DNA of 56,419 bases, taken from NCBI GenBank assembly GCA_016190945.1, contig JACPPO010000088.1:1-56419 (forward strand), in the 5' to 3' direction. How positions within the stretch are numbered: the first letter of the stretch is position 1; each line of letters starts with the position of its first letter. The position numbers and the translations under genes were made by a program. The stretch is from Acidobacteriota bacterium. Lineage in GTDB: Bacteria > Acidobacteriota > Vicinamibacteria > Vicinamibacterales > UBA2999. Of this stretch, positions 43,938 through 53,373 are shown one piece after another. The notes under the pieces are model-generated. The model saw only the letters and a list, made by a program, of their open reading frames with translations, did no database searches and had not been told where the DNA came from.

Positions 43938-44404
43938 GCGATTCTGTATGCGGCCAGCTTCGTCTTCTCGTCGTCTGGATCGGCGGTGGCGCCTTCCAGC
44001 CAGACCTCTCCGCCCTCGAAGTGTTCGCGCTTCCAGATCGGCACGATCTGCTTCACCCGCTCGATGGCATAGCGGCAGGTGGCAAACGCGTGCGCGCGGT
44101 GCGCGGAGGCCGCCACGATAATGATGCTCGCCTCGCCGATCTCGAGCCGGCCGATCCGGTGGTGCATGCCGACCCGGACACCGGGCCAGGTCTCGCGCGC
44201 CTCATCGATGATCCGGCCGAGCGCGCGCAGAGCGAGCGGCTCGTAGGCCTCGTACTCGAGGAAGCGTACCTTCCGGCCCTGATTGTGGTCGCGGACGAGA
44301 CCGGTGAAGGCCGCGACCGCCCCGTCGCCGGCGCCGCCTTCCGCAATGTCCCGCATCAGCGCCTGAAGATCGAGCGGGTCCCGGGTGACAGCTGCCAGGG
44401 CCAT
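43928..44404 (-). CDS. moaE: Molybdopterin synthase catalytic subunit
   Basis: FTGLVRD...YEAYEPLA...IGE.SI..AASAHR...PIWK motifs. Confidence 0.85.
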   Translation of the reverse strand: MALAAVTRDPLDLQALMRDIAEGGAGDGAVAAFTGLVRDHNQGRKVRFLEYEAYEPLALRALGRIIDEARETWPGVRVGMHHRIGRLEIGEASIIIVAASAHRAHAFATCRYAIERVKQIVPIWKREHFEGGEVWLEGATADPDDEKTKLAAYRIACA

Positions 44405-44408
44405 AAGT

Positions 44409-45206
44409 TCAAGTATAACGACCCGAACGATCCCAAAAATGGTCCATCGGTCCGGGCCCCCGTCCCAGATCGGAGGCCGCGCGAATGGCGCCAGCCACGT
44501 ATTGCTGAGCTCGCGGGACCGCTTCTTCGAGCAGGTGTCCGAGGGCGAGATGCGCGGTCACCGCGGCGGCAAAAGTACAACCCGTGCCATGAGTGTTGCG
44601 TCCGGTCACCCGTTCGGTACGGAATTCGATGAATCGGCGCCCGTCGTACAGCAGGTCGACGATATCCGGCGATGGAAAGTGTCCGCCCGTGATAATCACC
44701 GCCGCCGCGCCGAGTGCGATGATTCGGCGCGCCGCCTCCCGACGAGCCTCTTCGGCGCCGATGGTGATTCCCGCGAGCGTTTCAGCTTCCGGAATGTTCG
44801 GGGTGACGAGGAACGCGCGACGCAGCAGCTCGGACTTTATCGCGCCGACGGCGTCATCGTTTATTAATCGGTCGCCGCTTTTCGCGATCATCACCGGATC
44901 GACGACGAGCCAGGGTATTTCGAGATTGTCGACCCCAGCCGCCACGGCCTCGACGATGGCGGCATTGGCGAGCATACCCGTCTTAACGGCGTGCGCGCCG
45001 ATGTCAGAGACGACCGCCTCCATCTGGGCCGACACGAGATCTGCCGAGACCGCTTCGAACTTCGTCACGCCGATCGTATTCTGCGCGGTGACCGCCGTGA
45101 TGACACTGAGACCGTACACGCCGTGGGCAGCGAACGTCTTGAGGTCGGCCTGGATGCCGGCCCCGCCGCTCGAGTCGCTTCCGGCGATCGTTAACGCTGT
45201 TCGCAT
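44409..45206 (-). CDS. thiD: Hydroxymethylpyrimidine/phosphomethylpyrimidine kinase
   Basis: TIAGSDSSGGAGIQADLKT and GTGCTFAAA. Start re-set to ATG 45206. The upstream 270 codons of the track ORF are shadow frame. Confidence 0.88.
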   Translation of the reverse strand: MRTALTIAGSDSSGGAGIQADLKTFAAHGVYGLSVITAVTAQNTIGVTKFEAVSADLVSAQMEAVVSDIGAHAVKTGMLANAAIVEAVAAGVDNLEIPWLVVDPVMIAKSGDRLINDDAVGAIKSELLRRAFLVTPNIPEAETLAGITIGAEEARREAARRIIALGAAAVIITGGHFPSPDIVDLLYDGRRFIEFRTERVTGRNTHGTGCTFAAAVTAHLALGHLLEEAVPRAQQYVAGAIRAASDLGRGPGPMDHFWDRSGRYT

Positions 45207-45265
45207 GTCGGTGGGAATCGCACCCACGCGCGGTACGACTGCACTGACGCTTGTCCGTGCGCCGG

Positions 45266-45898
45266 CTAACGCGTATCCGTTCGTCCCAGTACGCGCCAGA
45301 AGCCGGGAAGGATGCCCGCGGCCGCGACGAGCTTCACCAGATCGGCCACGATGAACGGGTACACGCCCGCGACGAGCGCGGCCCGCAGCCCGATCGGAGC
45401 GCCTTGCGCGCCGGCGCGCGCGAAGAAGCCAAGCCACACCGCGCCGCACGCGTAAATCATGAGAAGCCCGGCGAACATCGCCAATACGGACGTCAGGTAA
45501 CGGCGATCGAAGCCGCGTTCGGCGAGATACCCCACCAGGAACGCCGCGAGGGGATAGGCCATCAGGTAACCGCCGGTCGGCCCGAGGAAACGCAACGCAC
45601 CTGGAGGGAGCGTCACAGAGGAGGCAAAGACCGGCAGCCCGGCAATTCCCGCCATCAGGTACAGCATCTGACTTCCGAGTGCCAGGCGCGAACCCAGCGC
45701 CAGGCCGCCAAGCAGCACGACCATCGGCTGGAACGTGAACGGCACCTCCGTGAATGGCAGTGGCGTGCTGATCTGCGCCGCCGCCGCCGTCAGCGCCGCG
45801 ACGAACGCCATCGCCGCCATGCGGATCGCGCCGCCGCGTGTGTCGCGTCGTTCCGCCAGCGTGTCCACGAGCGTTGCACAGGACGCCGTGTGAGGCAT
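45266..45898 (-). CDS. bioY: Biotin transporter S-component
   Basis: PFTFQ...GP(T)GGYL motifs and 5-6 TM helices. Confidence 0.82.
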   Translation of the reverse strand: MPHTASCATLVDTLAERRDTRGGAIRMAAMAFVAALTAAAAQISTPLPFTEVPFTFQPMVVLLGGLALGSRLALGSQMLYLMAGIAGLPVFASSVTLPPGALRFLGPTGGYLMAYPLAAFLVGYLAERGFDRRYLTSVLAMFAGLLMIYACGAVWLGFFARAGAQGAPIGLRAALVAGVYPFIVADLVKLVAAAGILPGFWRVLGRTDTR

Positions 45899-45939
45899 CA
45901 GGCAAATTGTACAGCAGGCAGGACGGCGGCCGCGTTGGC

Positions 45940-46581
45940 TTATCGCCCGAAGACAAGGAGATATTGGTAGGGAAGCGTCTGGCGGCCGAGCACGCGCAGT
46001 CCGGCTGCCTGGGCATCTCCTTCGACGCTGGCGCTTTCCACCCGTACGCTTTCCTGCGGCGCAGGGCCAGGGCCGCCGCGGCCCGGTTTGTAGTTCACGA
46101 TGCCCAGCCGGCCGCCAGGCTTGAGGCCCGCGGTGAGATTCCGCAGGAACGTGACGCGGTCTTCAACTTCCGGGTAGACGTCCACCACCAGCACCGCGTC
46201 AAGGGAACGGTCGGGGAGATTCGGCGCGCTGCCGGCGCCGAGCCGCGTTTCGACGTTGCGCAGGCCCTCGCGGGCGACCCGACGCCGGATGGCTTCGAGC
46301 ATCTGCCGTTGCACGTCCTGCGCGTACACGATGCCGTTGGGGCCGACGCGGCGAGCCAGCCGGATCGTGAACCAGCCGGCGCCCGCACCAATGTCCGCCA
46401 CCGCGGAGCCATCGGCGATTCCCAATGCATCCATGATCTGATCGGGCTTCTGCCACGCCTCGCGGTCGGGCCCTTCCAGCAGCCCAAGATCCTGGGGCGG
46501 AAACAGCCGGCCGTGTCGCCCGGCGGGGACGCTCTGCGCGTCGAGGGGGGCCGCGAGCCCAGCGTTCGCCACGAGCAACAC
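45940..46581 (-). CDS. Class I SAM-dependent methyltransferase with an N-terminal signal-like segment
   Basis: VADIGAGAGWFT motif I. The start is uncertain: in-frame upstream codons read SVRRLRLTILVLLVANAGLAAP but have no canonical start. Confidence 0.65.
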   Translation of the reverse strand: MLLVANAGLAAPLDAQSVPAGRHGRLFPPQDLGLLEGPDREAWQKPDQIMDALGIADGSAVADIGAGAGWFTIRLARRVGPNGIVYAQDVQRQMLEAIRRRVAREGLRNVETRLGAGSAPNLPDRSLDAVLVVDVYPEVEDRVTFLRNLTAGLKPGGRLGIVNYKPGRGGPGPAPQESVRVESASVEGDAQAAGLRVLGRQTLPYQYLLVFGR

Positions 46582-46610
46582 CAGTATGGTCAGTCGAAGC
46601 CGACGGACGC

Positions 46611-48017
46611 TCAGGGTCTCACCTCGCCCACGATGCCCGGACGCGTCATGTGTTCGGCCGAGAGGACCTGTTCAAGTCGTCTCGCGTCCATCAAGCCGCG
46701 TTCGAGGACGATGTCACGAATCGTTCGGCCGGTTCTGATCGATTCCTTCGCAATCTCGGCGGTCTGGGCGTAGCCGAGGTACGGGCTGAGCGCCGTGGCC
46801 ACCACGGTGCTGCGCTCGAGCAGTTCGCCGCACCGCGCGGCATCCGCTTCGATGCCGTCCACGCACCGGACGCGCAGCGCCTTCATCGCCTCGCGGAGGA
46901 TCGTCGACATGTGGATCGCGTTCCACGCAATCACCGGCATCATGACGTTGAGTTCCAGTTGCCCCGCTTCGGCCGCGATGGCAATCGTCACGTCGCAGCC
47001 CATCGTCTGATAGCAGACCTGATTGACCATTTCCGGGATCGACGGATTCACCTTGCCGGGCATGATCGAGGATCCAGGTTGCACGGCCGGCAGGACGATC
47101 TCGCCGATGCCCGCGCGCGGTCCCATGCCGAGCAATCGTAAATCGGCCGCGATCTTTCCCAGCTCCACGGCCAGCCGGCGCATCGCACCCGAGTACGCCA
47201 GGACATCGCCCATGCTTTGCGTGACGCGAAATCGATTGGCGGCCGGCCTCAACGACAGGCCGGTGTAGCGGCTCACGTTCCGGATGGCGAGCGCCGCATA
47301 CTCCTCGCCGGCGTTCAGCCCGGTGCCTACCGCGGTTGCGCCGAGGTTCAACTCCTCGAGTCCCCTGGCCGCGTGGTCGACCTCGTCTGCCGCGCGCGCG
47401 AGACAGGCCGCGTATCCGCCGAACTCCTGGCCGAGCGTCATCGGAACCGCATCCTGCAGATGCGTCCGGCCGACCTTGAGAACCGAGTCGAAGGCCTCCG
47501 CCTTGCGCGCGAACGATGCCGCCAGGGTACGCGTCGACTCCACCAGTCCGCCGTGCGCGAGGAGAAGGGCAATCCGCGTTGCCGTTGGGAACACGTCGTT
47601 GGTCGACTGTCCCATGTTGACGTGGTCGTTGGGATGGACAAGGCGGTACTGGCCGCGCGCTCCGCCCAGCAGCTCGGCGGCGCGGTTGGCGAGCACTTCG
47701 TTGGCGTTCATGTTGTGCGACGTGCCGGCACCTGCCTGGTACACATCCAGTACGAACTGATCGCGCAGCGCGCCGGCAAGCACTTCGTCCGCGGCCCGGA
47801 CGATCGCGTCCCCGACGAAGGCGTCGAGGCGATCGAGCGCGACATTCGCCTGCGCGGCGGCCTTCTTGACGAGAATGGTGGCGGTGACGAGGTCAGCCTG
47901 GGCGCGCAACCCGCTGATTGGAAAGTTTTCCACTGCCCGCGCCGTCTGAATACCGTAGTACGCGTCGGCCGGAACGACGTATTCACCGAGGGGATCGCGC
48001 TCGGTTCTGAATTGCAT
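46611..48017 (-). CDS. aspA: Aspartate ammonia-lyase (fumarate-lyase superfamily)
   Basis: ENFPISG and GSSIMPGKVNP. The N-terminus is typical of AspA rather than FumC. Confidence 0.7.
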   Translation of the reverse strand: MQFRTERDPLGEYVVPADAYYGIQTARAVENFPISGLRAQADLVTATILVKKAAAQANVALDRLDAFVGDAIVRAADEVLAGALRDQFVLDVYQAGAGTSHNMNANEVLANRAAELLGGARGQYRLVHPNDHVNMGQSTNDVFPTATRIALLLAHGGLVESTRTLAASFARKAEAFDSVLKVGRTHLQDAVPMTLGQEFGGYAACLARAADEVDHAARGLEELNLGATAVGTGLNAGEEYAALAIRNVSRYTGLSLRPAANRFRVTQSMGDVLAYSGAMRRLAVELGKIAADLRLLGMGPRAGIGEIVLPAVQPGSSIMPGKVNPSIPEMVNQVCYQTMGCDVTIAIAAEAGQLELNVMMPVIAWNAIHMSTILREAMKALRVRCVDGIEADAARCGELLERSTVVATALSPYLGYAQTAEIAKESIRTGRTIRDIVLERGLMDARRLEQVLSAEHMTRPGIVGEVRP

Positions 48018-48124
48018 GGCGGTCGCCAGGGCTGAGGCCTGCGCCTAGCTGGGAGGCTCGGCGTGGCCCGGTTGCCGACGGTGGCCTCTCCTGTTGGACC
48101 TCACCAGTAAATTATACTGCTCGG

Positions 48125-49654
48125 ATGGCACCCATATTCTTGGACAGCGTGCTCTCGCTGATCGTCAGGACGTCCACAGACTTGCCGCCGGACGTGCGCG
48201 CCGCGATGAAAGCGGCCATGGCGCAGGAGACCGTCGGAACGCTGTCGGCCCAAGCCCTTTCGATCATCGCGCAGAACATCGACCAGGCCGCCGACTGCGA
48301 AGGCGCGATCTGCCAGGACACTGGGATGCCGACCTTCGAGGTCAAAACCCCGGTCGGGGCGAACCAGATCGTGTTGAAACAGCAGATTCGCGAGGCGGTT
48401 GCCGAGGCCACTCGCCGCGGAGCGCTGCGGCCCAACTCGGTTGACTCGATTACGGGCGAGAACTCCGGCAGCAATCTGGGGCCCGGCACCCCGATCATCC
48501 ACTTCGAGCAGTGGGAGAACGACGAGATCGAAGTGAAGCTGATTCTGAAGGGGGGCGGCTGCGAGAACATGAATGCGCAGTACTCGGTCCCGATGGAACT
48601 GCCCGGCCTGGGACGCGCCGACCGCACCCTCGATGGCGTGCGCAAGTGCATCCTTCACGCCGTCTGGAATGCGCAAGGGAAAGGGTGTGCGCCCGGCGCG
48701 GTCGGTGTGTGCATCGGCGGCGACCGCACATCGGGCTACGTCCATGCCAAGGAACAGCTCTTTCGGACGCTGGACGATGTGAATCCCGATCCACGGCTCG
48801 CGGGGCTCGAAGCGTCGATCATGGGTGAAGTGAACAAGCTGGGCATCGGGACGATGGGGTTCGGCGGCCGCACGTCGCTCATCGGGTGCAAGATCGGGGC
48901 GCTCAATCGCCTTCCCGCATGCTTTTTCGTCTCCGTCGCCTACGATTGCTGGGCGTTCCGCCGGCTCGGCGTAGTCCTCGATGAGCGCAGCGGCGAGATC
49001 ACGCGGTGGCTCTATCGCGACCCGTCGACACCGGTTGCGGCGATGGCCGACCAGGCAGGGTTCCAGCGCACCGGTCGGGAAGTGACGCTGCGTACGCCGC
49101 TGACCGAAGAGCAGGTGCGCGCCTTGAAGGTTGGCGACCTCGTGCTGATCTCAGGTCGGGTCAACACCGGCCGCGACGCCGTGCATGCCCACCTGATGAA
49201 GCATGACCCTCCGACAGATTTGCGAGGCTCCGTGCTGTACCACTGCGGTCCGGTGGTGGCGAAGGAGGGTGACGGCTGGCGCGTGACCGCGGCGGGTCCC
49301 ACGACGAGCATTCGGGAGGAGCCGTACCAGGCCGATATCATCCGTCGTTGCGGTGTGCGCGCCGTCATTGGGAAGGGCGGCATGGGCGCGAAGACGCTCG
49401 CCGCGCTGAAAGACGCTGGTGCCGTGTACCTCAACGCCATCGGTGGGGCCGCCCAGTTCTACGCTCGCGCCGTCGACCGCGTCGTGGGGGTGTCGCTCAT
49501 CGAGTTCGGAACGCCGGAGGCGATGTGGCACCTGGAGGTGACCGAGTTTCCGGCGATCGTGACCATGGACGCCCACGGCAACAGCCTGCACAAGGACATC
49601 GAAGAGGCGTCGGCGAAGGAGCTGGCGGCCATGGGTGCGGGGGCTGTGGTATAG
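48125..49654 (+). CDS. fumA: Class I (Fe-S) fumarate hydratase, fused alpha/beta type
   Basis: CQDTGMP motif and N- and C-terminal hydro-lyase domains in one 509-aa chain. Confidence 0.8.
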   Translation: MAPIFLDSVLSLIVRTSTDLPPDVRAAMKAAMAQETVGTLSAQALSIIAQNIDQAADCEGAICQDTGMPTFEVKTPVGANQIVLKQQIREAVAEATRRGALRPNSVDSITGENSGSNLGPGTPIIHFEQWENDEIEVKLILKGGGCENMNAQYSVPMELPGLGRADRTLDGVRKCILHAVWNAQGKGCAPGAVGVCIGGDRTSGYVHAKEQLFRTLDDVNPDPRLAGLEASIMGEVNKLGIGTMGFGGRTSLIGCKIGALNRLPACFFVSVAYDCWAFRRLGVVLDERSGEITRWLYRDPSTPVAAMADQAGFQRTGREVTLRTPLTEEQVRALKVGDLVLISGRVNTGRDAVHAHLMKHDPPTDLRGSVLYHCGPVVAKEGDGWRVTAAGPTTSIREEPYQADIIRRCGVRAVIGKGGMGAKTLAALKDAGAVYLNAIGGAAQFYARAVDRVVGVSLIEFGTPEAMWHLEVTEFPAIVTMDAHGNSLHKDIEEASAKELAAMGAGAVV

Positions 49655-49708
49655 GGTTGTGTCGGCTAACCTATGACCGCACAATAACATACGGCAGCAC
49701 GACCGGGC

Positions 49709-49737
49709 TTGCCGGGCTGAATGGCGGGGCTTATAAT
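49709..49737 (+). promoter_or_regulatory. Sigma70-like promoter candidate TTGCCG-17-TATAAT
   Basis: Read directly upstream of erpA. It is followed by the palindrome CAGGAATCTTCCTG at 49744-49757. Confidence 0.5.
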
Positions 49738-49772
49738 CGAAGGCAGGAATCTTCCTGGGAGAACCCAAGACC

Positions 49773-50096
49773 ATGATCAACGTGTCCGCGACGGCAGCGT
49801 CGAAAATCAACGAGCTGCTCACCGAAGAGGGGAAGGCCGGCAGCGGCCTGCGAGTGTTTGTGCAGGGCGGCGGCTGTTCGGGCTTTCAGTACGGCCTGAT
49901 GATCGAAGAGGGGGGCGGCGCCGCTGACCAGGTGTTCGAGTCGAACGGCGTCAAGTTGTTCGTCGATCCGGTGAGCATCAGCTACCTCAAGGGCGCTGAA
50001 GTCGACTTCGTCGATACCGTGACGGGCGGCGGTTTTACGATCAAGAACCCGAACGCGGTCTCGACGTGCGGGTGCGGATCGTCATTTAACGTCTAA
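49773..50096 (+). CDS. erpA: Iron-sulfur cluster insertion protein (HesB/IscA/ErpA family)
   Basis: GGGCSGFQY and C-terminal CGCGSSF. Confidence 0.9.
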   Translation: MINVSATAASKINELLTEEGKAGSGLRVFVQGGGCSGFQYGLMIEEGGGAADQVFESNGVKLFVDPVSISYLKGAEVDFVDTVTGGGFTIKNPNAVSTCGCGSSFNV

Positions 50097-50106
50097 GCAG
50101 CCCTCA

Positions 50107-51087
50107 GTGGCGACGACCCTTCAGGACCTGACCCGGCTCAAGCCTTCGGGCGGGAAACGGTCCAGCAAGCGGGAACAGATCGTCAATGTGTTTCTGCGTC
50201 AGGAGGGGCATCTCAGCGCCGACGATCTGGTCGATCTCATACGCCGCGAAGATCAGCGGATCGGCCGCGCCACCGTCTACCGCACGTTGCAGTGGATGGT
50301 GGATGCCGGCATTGCCAGCAAGGTTGACTTTGGCGAAGGTCGCTTCCGGTTCGAGCATTCCTATCGCCAGCCGCGCCACTTCCACCTGATCTGCAAGACC
50401 TGTCACCGCTCCTTCGAGTTTCTCAGCTCCGATATTGAAGCGTTGGTCGAAGAGGTGGCGACGGCCCGGAGCTTTACCGCGTCCCAAAGCGTGGTGCAGA
50501 TCTATGGCACGTGCGAAGAGTGCCGGACGGGCCGCAACTCGACCAGTGAGCCCGGCCATACGGACATGCTGTTTGCGCGTGACGCGCTCCGCATCGCGAT
50601 TGCCACGGAGCGCAGCGGTCTCGAGTTCTACAGCCGGGCGGCGCGGCTGACACGCGACGCGCGCGGCCGCAAAGTGTTCGAGGACCTCGCGCATGAGGAG
50701 AAGGAGCATCTCGGCAAGCTCGAGGCGCGCTACACCGAGCTGCTGCAGCGGGATCCCAAGCTGGAGTCGCTGCCCACGTTCCTGTTCTTCAAGGGTGCGG
50801 CGCACGGCCTGTTTGCCGAGGGTGCCGAGCGTCTGCTGCGCGGGATCAACGACCAGCAGGCGCTCCTGATCGGCATTCGCTGCGAACGCGGTTCGCACAG
50901 GTTCTTCAAGAAGTACGGGGAGCGCTTCGAGGATTCGGAAGGCAAGCAGATCTTCCTGGAATTCGCCGACGAAGAGCGCGAACACCTCGACCTGCTCGTT
51001 CGCGAATACCGCGCGCTGCTCAAACGTCAGGGGCGTACGCGACGCACGGCTCGGCACGGATCCGCCGGCGCGCGCGCCGCCCGGTGA
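50107..51087 (+). CDS. Fur-family regulator fused to a rubrerythrin/ferritin-like diiron domain
   Basis: The N-terminal ~145 aa has a wHTH (RATVYRTLQWMVDAGI), HFH, CKTC and CEEC. The C-terminal ~170 aa has E...EEKEH...E...EEREH (E, ExxH, E, ExxH). GTG start. Confidence 0.75.
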   Translation: MATTLQDLTRLKPSGGKRSSKREQIVNVFLRQEGHLSADDLVDLIRREDQRIGRATVYRTLQWMVDAGIASKVDFGEGRFRFEHSYRQPRHFHLICKTCHRSFEFLSSDIEALVEEVATARSFTASQSVVQIYGTCEECRTGRNSTSEPGHTDMLFARDALRIAIATERSGLEFYSRAARLTRDARGRKVFEDLAHEEKEHLGKLEARYTELLQRDPKLESLPTFLFFKGAAHGLFAEGAERLLRGINDQQALLIGIRCERGSHRFFKKYGERFEDSEGKQIFLEFADEEREHLDLLVREYRALLKRQGRTRRTARHGSAGARAAR

Positions 51088-51959
51088 CCGTTCGATACCC
51101 TCAGGGTCACCCCGGGCATGCTCGAGGGCTGATCGACCTTCATCTCCATACGGCCGCATCGGACGGCCGCTGTGCGCCGCGTGAGCTGGTCGAGCACGCC
51201 GCAAAGGCGGGCGTCACGGTGATGGCCGTGACCGATCACGACACCACGGCGGCCGTTGCGGAGGTCCGCGCAGCGGCGCTCGAACGTGGCGTTCAGGCGA
51301 TCTCTGGCATAGAAATTACTGCCGTCGAGGAGGGCCGGGACCTCCACGTGCTCGGGTATCTGTTCGATCCCCTGTACCAGCCACTTGGCGCGTTTCTCCT
51401 GGCGCAACGCGCGGCGAGAATCGCGCGCGTCGAGGCGATCGGCTCGCGTCTGGCCGCATTGGGCGTGCCCATCGACGTCGAGCCGCTGGTGCGGCAGGCC
51501 AGGCGTGAGAGCGGCCGCTCGATCGGGCGTCCCCAGGTCGCGCGTGCCATGGTGGAGGCCGGGCATGTCGCCGACACGCGGGAGGCGTTCGAGTGTTGGC
51601 TCGGTCACGCGGGTCGTGGCTATGTTCCCCGCGCGGGGCCGGCGCCCGAAGCGGTGATCGAGATCATCCACCAGGCCGGCGGCATCGCCTCGCTGGCGCA
51701 TCCGGGCAAACTCGATCTGGCGGCACGCATCCCTTCGCTCGTCGAAGCGGGCCTCGACGCCGTGGAAGCGTTTCACCCCGACCACGACGCGTCCGTTGTC
51801 AATCAGTACATCCGGATCGCGCGTGAACTGGATCTCCTGCTTACGGGGGGGTCGGATTTCCACGGCGATCCCGCGCACGGACTGAGGCCGGGCTCCGTGA
51901 CGCTCCCCGCGGCGGAGTTCGCACGCCTGCGCGACGCGCGTCCGCATGCCTTCAATTGA
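51084..51959 (+). CDS. PHP-domain metal-dependent phosphoesterase (TrpH/YciV-like)
   Basis: DLHLHTAASDG and AVTDHD motifs. GTGA overlap with the upstream gene. Confidence 0.8.
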   Translation: MTVRYPQGHPGHARGLIDLHLHTAASDGRCAPRELVEHAAKAGVTVMAVTDHDTTAAVAEVRAAALERGVQAISGIEITAVEEGRDLHVLGYLFDPLYQPLGAFLLAQRAARIARVEAIGSRLAALGVPIDVEPLVRQARRESGRSIGRPQVARAMVEAGHVADTREAFECWLGHAGRGYVPRAGPAPEAVIEIIHQAGGIASLAHPGKLDLAARIPSLVEAGLDAVEAFHPDHDASVVNQYIRIARELDLLLTGGSDFHGDPAHGLRPGSVTLPAAEFARLRDARPHAFN

Positions 51960-52683
51960 GGTCGTCATCTCGCTTCGCCGCGTGCGAAAGGACTACCGTG
52001 GTCTTCGTCCGCTGCGGGTCGAACACCTCGAGCTTCGCGAGGGCGAGTCCGTGGCCCTGCTGGGCTTCGATCGCGTCGCTGCCGAAGTGCTCGTCAACCT
52101 GATCACCGGCGCGACGCTTCCCGATTCCGGGGATGTGAACGTCTTCGGCACATCCACTCGGACCATCACCGACCCGGATGCGTGGCTGGTAGCCATGGAC
52201 CGGTTCGGCATCCTCAGCGAGCGCGTCGTCCTGCTGGAGGCGTTCGCCGTGGAGCAGAACCTGGCGTTGCCCTTCTCGCTGGAGGTCGACGACATACCCG
52301 TGACCGTGCGCTCGAACGTTCGACAGCTGGCGCACGAGGTCGGAATCACGCCAGACCAGTTGCCGCAATCTGTCGCACGGCTGGACGGGAACGCGCAGTT
52401 GCGCCTTCGCCTTGGTAAGGCGCTGGCCCTCAGCCCTCGAGTGCTCCTCGCCGAGCATCCCAACGCCGCATTGCCGCCAGACGAGGTGCCGCGATTTGCG
52501 GCCGACCTCGCAGGCATTGCGGCGAGACGCCGGCTGGCGATGGTCGTCATGACCGCGGACGCGACCTTCGCACGCGCGGTGTCGGACCGCGTGCTCACAT
52601 TGCAACCTGCCACGGGGAAACTGCTCCCGGCGTCCGGGTGGCGGGACCCCTTTACCCGGTACACCCGCTGGTTGGCGTCTTAG
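51946..52683 (+). CDS. ABC-ATPase-like protein with degenerate catalytic motifs
   Basis: ABC fold order is recognisable, but Walker A is GFDRVAAE, the signature is LDGNAQ, Walker B is LLAEHP and the H-loop is TAD. Confidence 0.6.
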   Translation: MPSIEVVISLRRVRKDYRGLRPLRVEHLELREGESVALLGFDRVAAEVLVNLITGATLPDSGDVNVFGTSTRTITDPDAWLVAMDRFGILSERVVLLEAFAVEQNLALPFSLEVDDIPVTVRSNVRQLAHEVGITPDQLPQSVARLDGNAQLRLRLGKALALSPRVLLAEHPNAALPPDEVPRFAADLAGIAARRRLAMVVMTADATFARAVSDRVLTLQPATGKLLPASGWRDPFTRYTRWLAS

Positions 52684-53327
52684 GCTCCAAGCCCGAAGAG
52701 GTAGGCGAGGAATTTCGGCACTTCGGGGACGATCTCACGTACGTCCCGGCGTCGCTGCCACCACCGGTTCGGCTCCAGGCCGTCGTAGCGTGTTCCGCGC
52801 ATCATAAGCTGGACACCAGTCCCGCGCAGCTCGCGGCGAAAGGCGAAACCGGCGCGGCGCAGATGGTACTTCGACGACACGACGATTACGCGATGCCAGC
52901 CGTGCCGTTCCGCCAGTTCACGCAGCGTAATCGCTTCCGCGGCGGTACTGTCGTGAATCCGGTCGGGCACGAGGATGGCCTCCGCTGGAATCCCCAGTTG
53001 GATGAAGGCATCCCGCGCGCGCGCGACATCTTCCAGGAACGGGACGCCACGTTCAACGAGCGCCCGCTCTCCGCCTTCGGGGGTCTGACGCGTCAGGACG
53101 ATTCGTGAGCCGAAGCCCTCGATGTACAGGTCTGCCGCCTCGAGCGGGCGCCGCATCGGTGTGCCGGACAGCACCAGAATGGCGTCTGCCTTCTGCAGGG
53201 TGTCCTCTCTCGCTAGAAAGGCACCCAGCTCGACGAACCCATACGCACTCAATGCGAGAAGGATGAGTGAAGCGGCGAGAAGAGTGCGGCGGAGCTTGCC
53301 ACCCGAGGCAGGCGTGGCTGGCGGCAT
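52680..53327 (-). CDS. DUF218 (YdcF/ElyC-like) membrane-anchored protein
   Basis: N-terminal TM helix, then AILVLSG...VVSSKYHLRRA. I prefer ATG 53327 over the track's TTG at 53333. Confidence 0.72.
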   Translation of the reverse strand: MPPATPASGGKLRRTLLAASLILLALSAYGFVELGAFLAREDTLQKADAILVLSGTPMRRPLEAADLYIEGFGSRIVLTRQTPEGGERALVERGVPFLEDVARARDAFIQLGIPAEAILVPDRIHDSTAAEAITLRELAERHGWHRVIVVSSKYHLRRAGFAFRRELRGTGVQLMMRGTRYDGLEPNRWWQRRRDVREIVPEVPKFLAYLFGLGA

Positions 53328-53340
53328 AGGCAACGAATCT

Positions 53341-53362
53341 CCCGGCCCCGCCGGGGGCCGGG
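53341..53362 (-). terminator. GC hairpin downstream of csp
   Basis: CCCGGCCCC-GCCG-GGGGCCGGG, a 9-bp stem with no clear U-tract. Confidence 0.4.
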
Positions 53363-53373
53363 CGACCAGGGTC

